64,000 nt of DNA from Octopus vulgaris. Taxonomy: Eukaryota. Location: positions 128,588,001-128,652,000 of the forward strand of contig OX597815.1 of the NCBI GenBank assembly GCA_951406725.2, written 5' to 3'. Within the stretch, counting starts at the first letter, position 1. Every line of letters starts with the position of its first letter. The notes under the pieces were generated by a model. That model searched no databases. It was not told the DNA's origin and saw nothing but the letters and a program-made list of their open reading frames with translations. Positions 26,045 through 39,248 of this stretch are shown here, piece by piece. Position numbers and translations under genes: made by a program.

Positions 26045-26822
26045 GAACAAACACCTCTGAGACATCTGACTCGGCAATGACACCATGATCTCACGCCATT
26101 TCCACTCTACTGGTCACTCTTTGCAACACCTGTCCATGTTGAGATTGTCCTTGCACAGGGGCCATCTGGACTCCCGTGTGTGCCGTGAACAGGGATTGAT
26201 CTTCTCTCTTTGTTCCTTTGCGCCACATGGGTCCAACTCTCCTCCCTCGCCTCTCTCCCACCCACCTCTCCTCTCTTGCTCTGACTCCTACTTCTTTTCT
26301 CCTTCATCGTCAGCCCACCCCACCCCTAAGCCTAACCCACACCCCACTCTTGCCTCTCCCACCACCCAACACCATCACACACACCACTACACCCTATGCC
26401 ACCATACCACACAACTCACCACCATGCACACACTAGCATTGACCACTTCACAGACCCACATTTTCGCACCTACACATACATACACTCACATGTCAAGATC
26501 ACCAGTCCTCTTCCACACGCACATACAAACTCACTTATACACACACACATGCACCTTCATTTTGGGATCACCACTACTTTATTATCTCCCCTTCTTCCTA
26601 GCTCTCCCGTGTGACCCTTCTGTTTGGCATTCGCCATGATAGATCACTAGCCACTACACATTCTTTATTTTCTCTCCTTGTTTCTTTCTATGGAAGAGCG
26701 TAGACTCAAAACGTTAAAGACTTTTACACTTCCTGAGCATTATACTAATACATCTGTTTGTTGTCTACACCACTTGTTTTTGTCTTTTGTTTTTTGTGAA
26801 TTCTCACCCTATATATATATAT
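26045..26822 (+). mobile_element. Penelope-like element 3' end: GIY-YIG endonuclease C-terminus, C/A-rich 3' UTR, hammerhead-like motif, ends in (TA)n
   Basis: KHL*DI*LGNDTMISRHFHSTGHSLQHLSM...SRVCREQGLIFSLCSFAPHGSN fits the PLE pattern EH.R.I....VA.HF...H...R...E...I..L.T..P.GLN. HHR-like tctttCTATGGAagagcgtagactcAAAACGTTaaaga at 26683-26720. Confidence 0.85.
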
Positions 26823-29126
26823 ATGATATGGATGAGCATAAGTAACTCAATTCTAGGCACAATTTCAGAGAGTCATGCCTATTTTGCATGAAATTTGTCT
26901 TGGGTTATAAACATTGCTGAAAATACTTGTCCAAAATGATAATTGGATAGGAATAGCAAACAGCATACTACACATTTTCTGTATTTGCAAGCTGCATTTA
27001 GCTGGTTGAGATTCTTTTAAAATCCCAGTGCTTTTACACACCTTGTGTACCTTTGCAATTTCACTTGTGTACTGTACCCCTAGGTATACACATATCCAGT
27101 TTGAGCACCCCTGATCTGGAAGCAGGTTAACTTCTCAATCAGTTGATACTTTTGAATCTAGAGAAAAAAAGTAATATTTTCAAAAGCCTTTATGACTTTT
27201 ACCACTAATTCTTATATACAAACACATGGACATGCATGCAAGCACACAAATGTGTACCCACATGCAAGCAAAGTGTTATCTATAAGCAGAAGTTGGTATT
27301 TCTACACCATTTTAACACAACCAATCAAATAAATTTCAGTTAAGTCATACAATCTTGTTTAAAAAAAAAAGGGTGTTCCATCCCATCTTTGGTTTCAGTT
27401 GTGCCATATTCAAAGAATGTTAAGATATTGCAACTAATAAGTGTCAACCCAAGAATTTTGAAAAACAAACAAACAAAAAACTTGTAAAATAAAGTTTTAA
27501 AAAGCCTTTTAAATTAGCAATTCGTATTCTATTTTGCAAGCAAGAATGAAATACTTAGACATATTTACCTGATAACATATTATAATATCCCCCCTCATCC
27601 CATATACCACACGTTTTAAAACGAAACAAAATTGCTTGTTCATGTAGATTTTCTTACTACAAAACCAGTTCCAACTGTCTGGATAATATGTGCAAGTTAT
27701 ATTTAGGTTTCAGAAATTCCTTCTCAGTTAACCAAAATTACAAACCGCATTCAAAGCTTCATTGTCAATGACACACTTTTTGAATTGTTTGCTTCAGTTT
27801 ATTTTGTAATGTATTATTATTTTTGTTTTTAATACAGTAGTTCTGTGGAATAGGGTCATGCTTTAGCATTTAGTTATGCAGTCATTGTTGAAAGATAAGG
27901 TGACCTGTTGTTAGCTAACCAGTTAAAACGCATTTAATAAGGCCTAATTCTATGATTCAAAATTTTGTTTTATGTGTGCACACATGCATCATGTATGCTT
28001 TCACCTCTCTCTCTCCCCCTCTCTCTCCATTATGATAGGCCTGAGCAGTTTAGAAAGCAGCAAAGGCCATATTGACTTTCAGGAGAAAAATGTTGCAGGC
28101 TGTTGTGGATTTTCAAACAAAAGTATATGAATGCTTTAAATACTCCTATTTTTAGTTATCAGTTATCAACCAAGGATGAAGGGAAGGATTTTGGATTTTT
28201 TTTTTATTTTGATTCTGCATTCATAGAACATCTTCATTCACAGCCTTTTTACATTAGTTATTTTATGCTTGTAAACAAATACTATTTCTCAAATCCATGA
28301 TTAGTGGAATAATAAATGATGATGGTGATGGTGGTAGTAATAATAACAAGAGTGCCTTACACAATCTTGTTGGGATTGTATATGCTTTTTATTCACTTGG
28401 GATAGTCAAATAAGCCACCAGTCAAGTTCTGTTGGTAGTAAATTAACTCCATATCTACAAATTTGTAGTTTCTTGTTAACATTAAAGAAAATTAAATAGA
28501 TTAGATGCAGTGCTGTAAGGTACAGAAAGAAAGCAAGCCCTTGCTTTTTGTGTAAGTGACTGGGGAATTGCAGTTCTGATGCTCTGTTTCATTAACATTA
28601 TTCATAACCTTGGCAACTGATGTCACTCTGTTCATTAGTAAAACTTATAGTCAAGTATTATCACTTGGTGGCACTTACCATGTTATCACTAATTGTTTTA
28701 GGCACTTATGTGGACCTCTTAGGTTTTGATCCAGCTGAACATTGAAGATGTGACAGCTGGAGGAAGTGGGAGCTGCACCAGCACTCAGCAAGTACTCATT
28801 ATCTGCTGAATATCACTTGATGATTTTGTTCATTGTTTCACTTCTTGTCAAACTAACACCTTTGCAGGTTTCCTCTTTTGACCCAGTAGAACACTGAGAA
28901 TGTGACAGCTGGAAGGAGAGAGAGAGCACCAGCACCCAACTAGTTCTCTTTTTTACCTAAGTAGATTGGATTAACATTAAATGAAGTGCTTTGGTCAAGG
29001 ACAAAACCTGCTGACTCAAAAACCTTATGTATAATAAGCAGCATTAAACAATTCTTACAAGAAAAAATAATTTACTATAATTCAGAATTGCAGTTTTTAG
29101 TATCTATGTAAAATAAATTGATATAT

Positions 29127-29460
29127 AGGTGCAGGAGTTGTAAGAAGCTTACTTCCCAACCGCATGGTTCTAAGTTCAGTCCCACTGTGTGGCACTTTGG
29201 GCAAGTGTCTTCTACTATGACCTTGGGCCAACCAAAGCCTTGTGAGTGGATTTCGTATATATATGTATTTGTGTGTCTGTGTTTGTCCCATCATTACTTG
29301 ACAACTAATGTTGGTGTGTTTACATCCCTGTAACTTAGTGGTTTGGCAAAAGAGACCGATAGAGTAAGTATTAAAAGAAAAAATCCTGGGGTTGATTTGT
29401 TTGACTAAAGGTGGTGCTCCAGTATGGCTGCAGTCAAATGACTAAAACAAGAAAAGAAAA
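29127..29460 (+). mobile_element. tRNA-derived SINE, full length
   Basis: aggtgcaggag...gttcagtcccactgtgtggcactttgggcaagtgtcttctactat...aaaggtggtgctccagtatggctgcagtcaaatgactaaaacaag. Confidence 0.88.
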
Positions 29461-32400
29461 TATAATTAAAGCTAATAAAGCTTTATTACAGTATTGTGTT
29501 TTTCTTCAGTAAGTTTGTTTGTGCATGTGGGTGAACTTTGCAACTCAGTGCCATGCATTATAAGCACCCCTAATTTTAATCTTTATTTTGTTGAAAAACA
29601 TATAGGTATGAATGTGTGGTTAAAAACATTGTGCTGTAACCATGTAATTTTGGGTTCAGCCCCACTGAACAGCACTTTGGCCAACCAGTACCTTGTGAGT
29701 GAATTTAGTAGACAGAAACTGTGTGGAAGCCTATTGTATGTGTCTTGCCCTCCTTTGTTTTCCAACTGGGGTATCCATGTATCGACTCGACAGTAACACA
29801 TCTATCTCTATTCTCTATACCTTTAAATCTAACTAGTACAGTGCCAACACCCTGCTCAATACTATTCTTCACTCTCAGTTGAAGGTTTTTTTTATCTTGC
29901 AAAGTACTTATGTGAGCCTGTTGGTGATAGTGCCGTGCAAAAAACACTGGCATCACATAAGAAGCCCCCAGTCCACTTTGTAAAGTGGTTGGCATTAGGA
30001 AAAGCATCCAGCTGTAGAAACCATGACAAAACAATGGGACCTGGTGTGGCTCCTGGCCCTGGCAGCTCTCATCAGACCATCCATCCCATGTAAGCACAGA
30101 AAACAGATGTTAACTGTTAATCACACACACACACGTGTGTGTGTTTGTATCTGTTTTACCTCCACCACCACACTGCTTGATGACAGGTATTAGTTTGTTT
30201 ACATTCTTTTAACTTAGTTGGCAAAAAGACTGATAGAATAAGTGTCAGACTTTTAAAAAATGTATATAAAGGGGGAAGTTTGTTTGATTAAACCCTTCAC
30301 GGGAGTGCAACAGCATGACCACAATCCAATGGATGCAACAAAAAGATTATACATGTAGTTTTGTGGTAATTTACACTACTTAGAGATTTTTATAGCATGA
30401 TATTACTTTTGTCCGTCAAGTCTTCTGATCTCTCAGTGCTATTCAAGATTGTGGTAAATATACGCTATCATGATGCCTGATGTTTCATTGTTGATGCAAA
30501 GTATTTTAATGTCAACTTGATTTGGGGGTCAGCTCTGTTTGATCCTCTACCTTTAAGCTATGACTTGGAGGTAAATGATGCATCAAAACAAGAATACAAT
30601 CATTCGTGACATTTCCAGTCATGACCTTCCTGTTTTCATTATAGAATGTTGCCCCAAGATTTAAAATTTAAACATGTGATTTCTCCTTTCTCTACCTTTT
30701 CTCTCTCCCTCCCTCCTTTTTTAAGTTGATAGGGAACTGTTCTATTATATTGAATAGATCAAAGAAGTTGTCGTAATGATGATAGTAGGGAGATTGTCAA
30801 ATGGAAATGTTGAAATTGTATTGAACAGGTCAAATGACAAAATAGATTTTATTGGTTTGTTTAATATGATAATCTTGTTTGTTTTTTTATGGTAATGTTG
30901 AGATGGGATTAGATTTAAATCCCACTGGGCCCTCACTTTTTATTAACTCTTTGTTTGCTTTACAACCTTAGCTAGCACACAAGTTGGCTCAAGAATAATC
31001 AGCTGAAATACTTGAGCCCTTGCTTAAGGTCTTTTCAGGTATGGGTGTGTGTGTATGCATATAAGTGTTTGAATGCATCCTTATTTTCCCTTGTCTTCAC
31101 ATGTGTTTGCTGGTTGTAAATGATGGCTGACAGTGTCAGAAATTGCTGCTTTTATCCAGGCTGTTGTCTGATAGATTGGAAAAAAATTATTATCTCACTA
31201 GGAAACAGGTTGGAGTTGGCATCAGGAATGGCATCTGGCTACTGAAAACTGTCCAGTGTCCTTTTGTCTCATTCATGCAAACATGGAAAAGTAGACATTA
31301 TAATGCTGATGATAATAATTGTGCGTGTGTGTGTGTGTGTAATTTGAAGGATCGTTTTGATAAAAAGCAATCACTGGTTCTGTTTCACTCTTTTATTATT
31401 AGTCAACTTGATATCTAATTAACTAATAATAATAAAAAGAAATGAACTAGAACCAGTGGCTGTGTTTCTTATTCATGAAATTTGCTGCTGGAGAAACTTC
31501 AAAATGTGTGGATGTATGTGTGTCTTGCCAATACTGGTGTAACATATAAAGCACCAAGTTCACTTTGTATAGTGGTTGGTATTAGGAAGGACATCCAACC
31601 ACAAAAACTGTGCCAAACATTCCTTGCCAGTGCTGGTGCCACATAAAAACCACCCACTCCACTCTGTTTAGTGGCTGGCATTAAGAAAAGCATCCAACTG
31701 TAAAAACCATGCCAAAACAGATAGTAGAGCTTGTTGCAGTCCTCTGGCTTGCTAGCTCCTGTCAAACCATCCAACCCATGCCAGCATAGAAGGCTGATGT
31801 TAAATGATGATGATATATTCATGCACACATCTGAGTTATTGGGACAGTATAAAAGATTTTTTTCACTATGCAATGTGTCTAGAATAAACCAAGTCAATTT
31901 AGCAAAGCTCATTATTTTCCTAGCTAAACTTGTGATGGTGAGTGGAACTCAGTAACATCAGCTAAATTAATTATTTACTCTGCTTCTATTCCTTACAACA
32001 GTGAACTGTTGCATGCATTACATCATTGAATGTTGTGTTTTGGTTATATCATATGAACCATCAACTCTGTAATCTTCAGTTCTGTTTTCCCATCTATTTC
32101 CTGTATATTCTTATTTCTAATCACTCTCATATTCATGTACTGATAATTCACCCTTCATTCCTCCTTAACCTTCTGCCCTCAGATATAGTCCTCATGTAAC
32201 TTAAACTAGATTTGAACAAACCTCCTAAACATTTCCCAATGAAATCATGTTAGCCATGTTTTACTGAACGGCACTAAAGGACAGTCATTATACACACATT
32301 AGAAACAGTTTTACAATACTAGACCCTCTTCACCCAGAAACACCTCACAGTTAGAATTAGCTGCTAAATTTCACTCAAATCACAATAATCTTTTAAAAAA

Positions 32401-32607
32401 GAAAAGAGATTCATGGTTTTAAAATACACTGGATAGAGTTATGGCTGGAACATCTTTGATCATGAAGTTGCTCAACCAGGGCTTATTTAAGCTAAATAGC
32501 ATCATTCCAAACTTGTTACAAATGTTAGGTCTCACAAACCAGTCTTTCATGGTACTCACATATCTCTAACTACCTAATCTGTGTCCACTTCCAAAGACTA
32601 TCTAGCT

Positions 32608-32841
32608 CAATGTTTCTCAACCATTTCTTTTACTTTTGGACCACTTTGGTTATTATTTTACTTGGATGTTCGAAGCCATTCAATGTTTTAGAAGTCCTAT
32701 TATATTTTTATAATTAAATTTTATTGCGAATTACATAAAAATGATTATTAAAACATTTTGTGTATATTAGAAGTATAATCAATTTATTGTACATAAACTT
32801 TATCAACAAAATCTTATATGGACCCTGGTTGAGAACCACTG
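32608..32841. mobile_element. hAT-like MITE
   Basis: TIRs caatgtttctcaacc / ggttgagaaccactg; no clear TSD. Confidence 0.65.
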
Positions 32842-34339
32842 AGAGGCTAAATTTCACTCACATAATACAAACATTCCTCATAGATTAATGTTTTGTCACT
32901 ATTGCTTCTATTGCTACTGTAGTGACTTCTGCTTTCTCAACTACTTCCATGTAAGGTCATTTATACTTCCTCTCTCCTCACAACTTCAGTTTTTGAGAAC
33001 TCCCTATTCAAGTTTTCCCTATAGCCACCAGCTTTCAGCATATGAAGCTGAATTATCATCATCATTGTTTTAACATAAATTTTTCTTTGCTTGCATGGGT
33101 CAAGCAGAAATCAATGGTATATATTTTCTACTGCTGGATTTCTTCCCTGTTGCAAACTACCACTTGTTTCTGAGTAAGGTTATATTTCCCCATAAACTGG
33201 ACATGTTTTCACAGATTAGACAAATGATACTGCTTATAGGACACTTGTTTACAACTATCACATGATGTCAAGACATGGGAACACGCATATATACGTACGT
33301 GTGTGTGTGTTTGTTTGAAGGTGCATAGTTTAGCAGATGAGGTGTTGCACACACAATTGCAAGAAAGTGGTTGTCATTTCTGAATCGGCTGCTGTTTTGT
33401 GTTCTTGTTCAAAACATTTTACTTCATGTTGCTTTGCAGTCACTTTGACATCTGATGTGTGGCACACTGTGCCTCTGTAGAGGCAATGTCAGTTTGATGG
33501 AGGGTGTAAGTTAATGTACAACACAGACATTTAATCGCTATAAACAAATTATCTGTGCAGGTTGCTGAGCAAGAAATTACAGAAATCATTTGTTGTCTAT
33601 GACAGGAAAATCTACCATGCACACACACACACACACACATTTTGTCTTGCAAATTCATTTGCCAGGCTTTGTTTGGCTTGGAACTATAGCAGAAGACACT
33701 TATCCAAGGCTCCTCACCATGGGACTGAAACTGAAACTAAGTGATTGGGAAGTGAACTTCTAAACCCCACAACTATCCCTGCACCTTACAACTTATCAGC
33801 ATTACGCATCCTTGAACAGAATAAATGACAGTGTTAATCCTTTTATATTGGTTTCAAATTTTGGTACAGAGCCAGCAATTTTAGGGGTTGGTTAAGTCAG
33901 TTAAATTGCCCCCATTATTCAACTGGTACTTATTTTATTGACCCCAAAGGGATGAAAGGCAAAGTCAACCTCAGCATTTTGCCTGGCACGTTTTGCCTAA
34001 CGATTCTGCCGTCTTGCCACCTTAGTCCTTTTATATTGAAAGAAAAATGAAGTCTGGTACTTATTCTGTAGGTCTCTTTTGCTGCACTAAGTTGTGATGT
34101 AAACAAACCAGTATCAGTGGTCAAACAGTTTGGGTGCAAACACTCACACGTGTGTGTGTGTGTGTATGTATGTATATGATAATGGTGGTCACATACACCT
34201 GCCAGATTCACTCAAGGCATTGGTCAGTGCCTGGGGCTATAGTAGAAGACACCCAAAGTGCTTCTTAACCGCACAGCCATGCCTACACCATGTTTAATGA
34301 GGAATTTCTTTTTTATTGCAATGATCCTGAGAAATCAGT

Positions 34340-34680
34340 AATACATAGAGAAATTATGTTGCTACAGATAGTACTTTATTTCTTCATTAATAAAAAATAG
34401 TGGAGAGGGCCAAATATTTTCACATTAGTTTGATAACATTTGTGGAAAACAAAAAAATAAGCTCTTCATGTGTTATTGGAACCAAATGAAGGTTCCATTT
34501 CAGAAATATTATTCTGTTTAAATAACCAATATGCGGCTGGTGGCACCACAAAGTGAGGTGCCATTGCTCTATTAGATTTAACAGCATTCACTAAAGATCG
34601 GCCTTTATCTAATTGATGCCAAGGGATCTTTTTAGTTTGAACTACCTCTTCGGATTTTATTGAAATTTTTTTCACAAGAG
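34340..34680 (+). mobile_element. Degenerate DDE transposase remnant (Sola-like)
   Basis: Across frameshifts: NYVAT..VLYFFINK..ERAKYFHI.FDNICGKQKNKLFMCYW (compare the NEV.S.L..FI...L.IFSDNC.GQNKN motif) and later YLIDAKGSF.V.TTSSDFIE. Confidence 0.4.
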
Positions 34681-37600
34681 TAGACGTTCATGCTAATTAC
34701 AAAAATCGCAATTTTTTGTGGGAGAAATCAATAATTAAAGGTTACGAAGATTTAAAGATTTTAGTCAGTCAAATGCAACTAGTCTCTACAAACCGGAAAT
34801 GACATATGTTCCCCGAGCAAGAGACTTCCACATGATAGCGTGACCACGAACTGAAAAGATCCGGTTTGTGTCATTTGTAAACAATTTGTAAACTTTTATC
34901 AGTTATAAATGACAGCAAGGAATGATAATGAGAACAACGCAGACATTTTTAGTTAACCTCAGTTAAATAAGCTCTCCCCTTTAAAAAAAGAAGATTGTCA
35001 AGTATGTCATGTCTTGCAAATTTTATAAAATAATAAATTATATATATACACATTGTCTATTTTATGACATCCATAAAAAGGTATCCAACCATTTAACAAT
35101 ATATTCTCCATGAGGAGTATGCCAACACTGCCGGACATGACGGAGGGGTACACTGGAAGGAAAAAGTTTGAGGATTCCCTTTGTGTGGTCGCTCAACCTA
35201 CTAAAAATAGCAGCCAAATTTCCGTAAAATTACGTTGAAAAGGATACGTTGAAGAATGTGGTTATGAGTTCCGTAGACATAGGTGAAAAGACAGGTTGGT
35301 CATGGCTCGATTGCCTTTGATCTTAGCTTTGCTCAATCGGGATTAACTTGGAACTATACAACAATTAGGCTGTGAAAGGGTGAAGTTTTTTTTACTGTTA
35401 TGTACACCTTTTATGGAGACTGTAGACTTTTCAGTTTGTCTTTCCTTTCAAAACACAAAAATGTAACTTGATAGATCATGAAGATCAGACGGACTTGTAC
35501 ATTTCCATCTTTCCAATTTCTCTCACATGGCTTGGTTTGAGTGTGTGTGGAGGGGAGCATCTATAGATTTGAATCTTTTATAGAAATCAAGTTATTGAAG
35601 ACTTCACGCAAACACACTTTCGCGGGCTCTTTTTCTTTCCTCTCTTTCTTTTTTATCTCTCTCTTTGTATTTCTTCCTCTCTGTCTTTCCGTATATCCTC
35701 TTTCTTTTCTTCAACACACACTCCTCATCCTCCCTCTCTCTGTCCTATTTCCTTCTCTAACTCTTTTTTTCTTTCTCCCTCCTTTTCCTCCTCCTTTCTT
35801 TTTCTATCGCTCCCCTTTATTTGTCACACATTCTTCAAACTGTTTGTAATTTATATAATCAATCTATTAACATTTGAAAGTAGAAGCTTGCCTATCTTTC
35901 AGTAATGACTAACTTCAACTGCTAGTTTGTTTTTTTGTTTTTGCTCGTTGTTGTTTCTCTGTCTCCAAGCGCTTGCTACCTTACAATTTGGTTATGTAGG
36001 TCAGCTATATTAATCTTACTAGGCAACACACACTCACACACCACTGAGGTTGTTTGTAGATTGTTATTTAGGTCAGCTAGACCTATGCAATAACAACAGC
36101 GTCACCTCACCTACTTGTATTTGTTTATCCGTTTCTGTTATGTAACCTATTTCTACCCTCACCTCCTTCTCTTTCCCTCTCTTTTGTTTTCTGTAACTCT
36201 ATTTTGCCCTGGTTGCAACGAAAGAAAATGATTATTGTTCATGTTATTACGGAAAGCAACGAAGTGACAAACAAAAATCTCATAAAACTATTTTATTTAG
36301 TTTCTGTCTGTGTACCCATTACGTTCAAACGCACATGGTGTATATATTTTTAGCCTTTCATAGAACTAAAGTTAATAAATATAAACCAGAATGTACGTTG
36401 AAATTAATTTAATGCGTTACTCCTCTCTTCCTACAAATTTATGGTATTGGGCCAACATGAGAAGTCACCCTCTGGGGTTATAATAAATACAAATAGCTTT
36501 TCGGTACAGGGTTTGCTTGACTCGCTTAGTCTCTTCTCAAAGTTTTACATTTGTGGTCTTAAGTCCGTTACAAATTATCATTACAAAAACAATGTTGTTG
36601 AAGTCACCTTTACCTTTCATCCTTCTGGAGTCAGAAAAGTTTTACCTTTTCTCGATGCAACATCGCAGTTCTCAGGTATGACTCAATACAGTTTGCTTTT
36701 TACTCAGAGATTCGAGAGAACACTTTTGTTTGAAACCAAGTTAGATTTTCAAGAGATTTATTTTTTTAAAATTCCCTTCTGACTCAAACCAGATCGCTCA
36801 CTTGTTTCCACATGATGCGGTAATTATGTCACTTAAACCAGCAGACCTTATCTAGCACTTCCAGCCAACCATTTTTGGAAACCTGTGTGTATGTATGTTG
36901 TATACACATATGACCTTGAAGTTCATGGAAACTTGTGTTATTAGCTTTTCCCATGTATGTGAAACTCTTAAAACTGTAACTAATACATTAGCACAGCATG
37001 GAAATAGCAAAAAGAAAAGAAAAATATATTGAATACACTTAATAGTCTTTGTATGTTGAAAACATTTATAGTCTTTCTATAGAATCAAATATTTGTACTT
37101 TAGGTTCTTGGAAGTAATTTTGAACTATTTATTGAACTCATTAATCAGTTGTAGATCTTGGACTCATTATTTAGCATTTTTCAAAATCTACTCCAGAATT
37201 TCTTACACCTGTCACCATGTGCCTCACTAAACTGAATTTCATAATTTTCATACTATGTTGGTGTCTTGAGTAATTGTTTAATAAATATCAACTGACAATT
37301 TGTGTGTAGATTAACTGCAAACTAATATGCATATTCTCCATAGTAGCTATAAGGTGGTGGTGGTGGTGGGTCTTTTTTTCTTTTTCCTTTTGTATCACAG
37401 CAATAAAATTAAACAAGTTCTAATGAAGATTTTTAGCAAGTTCGAAACCTAAGTCTATTTAGGCAATACCCATATTGTGCTGCAGAGATCATGTGGTATA
37501 TTCCATGAGCTTAATTCCACATAGCTATCTTATAAATATTTGGTATGCTGAATTTCTTCAGTAATTAACTCTAGGCTGACCAAAGTTGTGTGAGTGGATT

Positions 37601-37956
37601 TGGTAGATGGAAGCTGAAAAGAACCCAGTCGTATCTGTGTTTGTGTGTGTGTGTATATCATCATATTGTTTTAATGTCCATTTTTCTTTGCTTCCATCAT
37701 GTGTTTGCAATCTTCTGTGATAACACACTCAACCCTTGCTTTCTGCTGTTGGTATTCAAGGGGCAAGGGAAATATTACCTAGCTTAGAAATAAGGGTTGG
37801 CAACAGAGTGAACGTCTGGCTGTAGAAAGTTTGCTTTGATGAATTTTATCCGATGCTTGCAAGTATGAAGAAACAGACATCATGAAAATGATGAAGTAAA
37901 AAAGAACAATAAAGGCTAATTGCTTGCCTAGTATAGTTCAGAAACCTAAGACATAC

Positions 37957-38300
37957 AGGTGCAGGTGTGGCTGTGTGGTAAGAAGCTTGCTTCCCAAGTA
38001 CATGGTTCTGGGTTCAGTTCCACTGCATGACCACTTTATTGCAAGTGTTTGTTACTATGACCTCAGGCTGACCAAAGCCTTTCACTTTCTTTGGCTGAGA
38101 GAAACTTGTATATGCAAGCATGTATGTGTGTCTCTGCCTAACAACTGGTGTTGGTTTGTTTATGTCCCTGTTACTTTACAGTTCAGCAAAAGACAGCGAT
38201 AAGATAAGTACTGGAGTTGATACAGTTAACTGAATATTCTTTGAGGTGATGCCCCAGCATGGCAACAGTCAAATGACTGAAACGAGTAAACGATAAAAGA
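37957..38300 (+). mobile_element. tRNA-derived SINE, full length
   Basis: aggtgcaggtgtggctgtgtggtaagaagcttgc...gggttcagttcc...gccccagcatggcaacagtcaaatgactgaaacgagtaaa. Confidence 0.85.
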
Positions 38301-38471
38301 TACAATCATTTATTAATTTGTGCTGATTTATCAAAAGTAAAATTGAAAAAAAAAAAATTTTCTTGCTACCTATGTGTTCCAAAATAAAATTAGAGTTACA
38401 GATATAAAAGCCTTAAAATTATAAAATTGTATTCAGGGTGCTAAGTGGAAATGTGTTAAAATAGTTTACAT

Positions 38472-39248
38472 AGGCGCACAGGTTCAGTCCCACTGCGTGG
38501 CACCTTGGGAAAGTGTCTTCTACTATAGCCTCGGGCCAACCCAAGCTTTGTAAATGGATTTGGTAGACGCAAACTGCAAAAAGCCTATCGTGTGTATATA
38601 TATATATATATATATGTGTGTGTGAGTGTATATATATACTCCCTCTCTTTTATTCTTTTACTTGTTTCAGTCATTTGACTGTGGCCATGCTGGAGCACAA
38701 CCTTTAGTCGAGCAAATCGACCCAGGACTTATTCTTTGTAAGCCTAGTACTTATTCTATTGGTCTCTTTTACCGAACCACTAAGTTACGGAGACATAAAC
38801 ACACCAACATCGGTTGTCATGCGATGTTGGAGGAGACAAACACAGACACACAAACATATACACGTATATATATATACATATATACGATGGGCTTCTTTCA
38901 GTTTTCGTCTACCAAATCCACTCACAAGGCTTTGGTCGGCCTGAGGCTATAGTAGGAGACACTTGCACAAGGTGCCACACAGTGGGACTGAACAGGGAAC
39001 TATGTGATTCGTAAGCAAGCTTCTTACCACAGAGCCAATACATGGCAGGCTGTGTGTCTGTGTTTCTCCCCACTACCATCACTTGACAATCGATGTTGGT
39101 ATGTTTATGTCCCCGTAACTTGGCAGTTTGGCAAAAGAGACCAATGCAATAAGTATTATGCTCACAAAGAATAAGTCCTGGGGTTGATGTGTTCAACTAA
39201 AACGGTGCTCCAGCATGGCCACAGTCAAATGACTGAAACAAAAAAGAA
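38472..39248. mobile_element. Nested SINEs: minus-strand copy (~38645-39035) inside a plus-strand copy
   Basis: The plus 5' half (38472-38630) stops at its internal (TA/TG)n, a complete reversed copy follows, and the plus 3' half resumes at ~39050 through to the tail. Confidence 0.8.

Noticed and set aside
28039-28098. Possible 60-nt phase-1 exon (GLSSLESSKGHIDFQEKNVA)
   Set aside because: It would need a gctgtt donor; the frame runs to a stop and shows no clear similarity to the ES modules.
30976-31038. 63-nt segment bounded by ctag and AG|gtatgg
   Set aside because: Stop codon in phase 1; open only in phase 0, which is incompatible with the flanking exons.
34464-34675. WD40-like + strand peptide with TGA stops (possible NUMT/recoding) and the 69-aa minus-strand ORF
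   Set aside because: It matches no mitochondrial protein I recognise, has no splice sites and no in-frame ATG at the ORF start; the transposase-motif reading explains it better.
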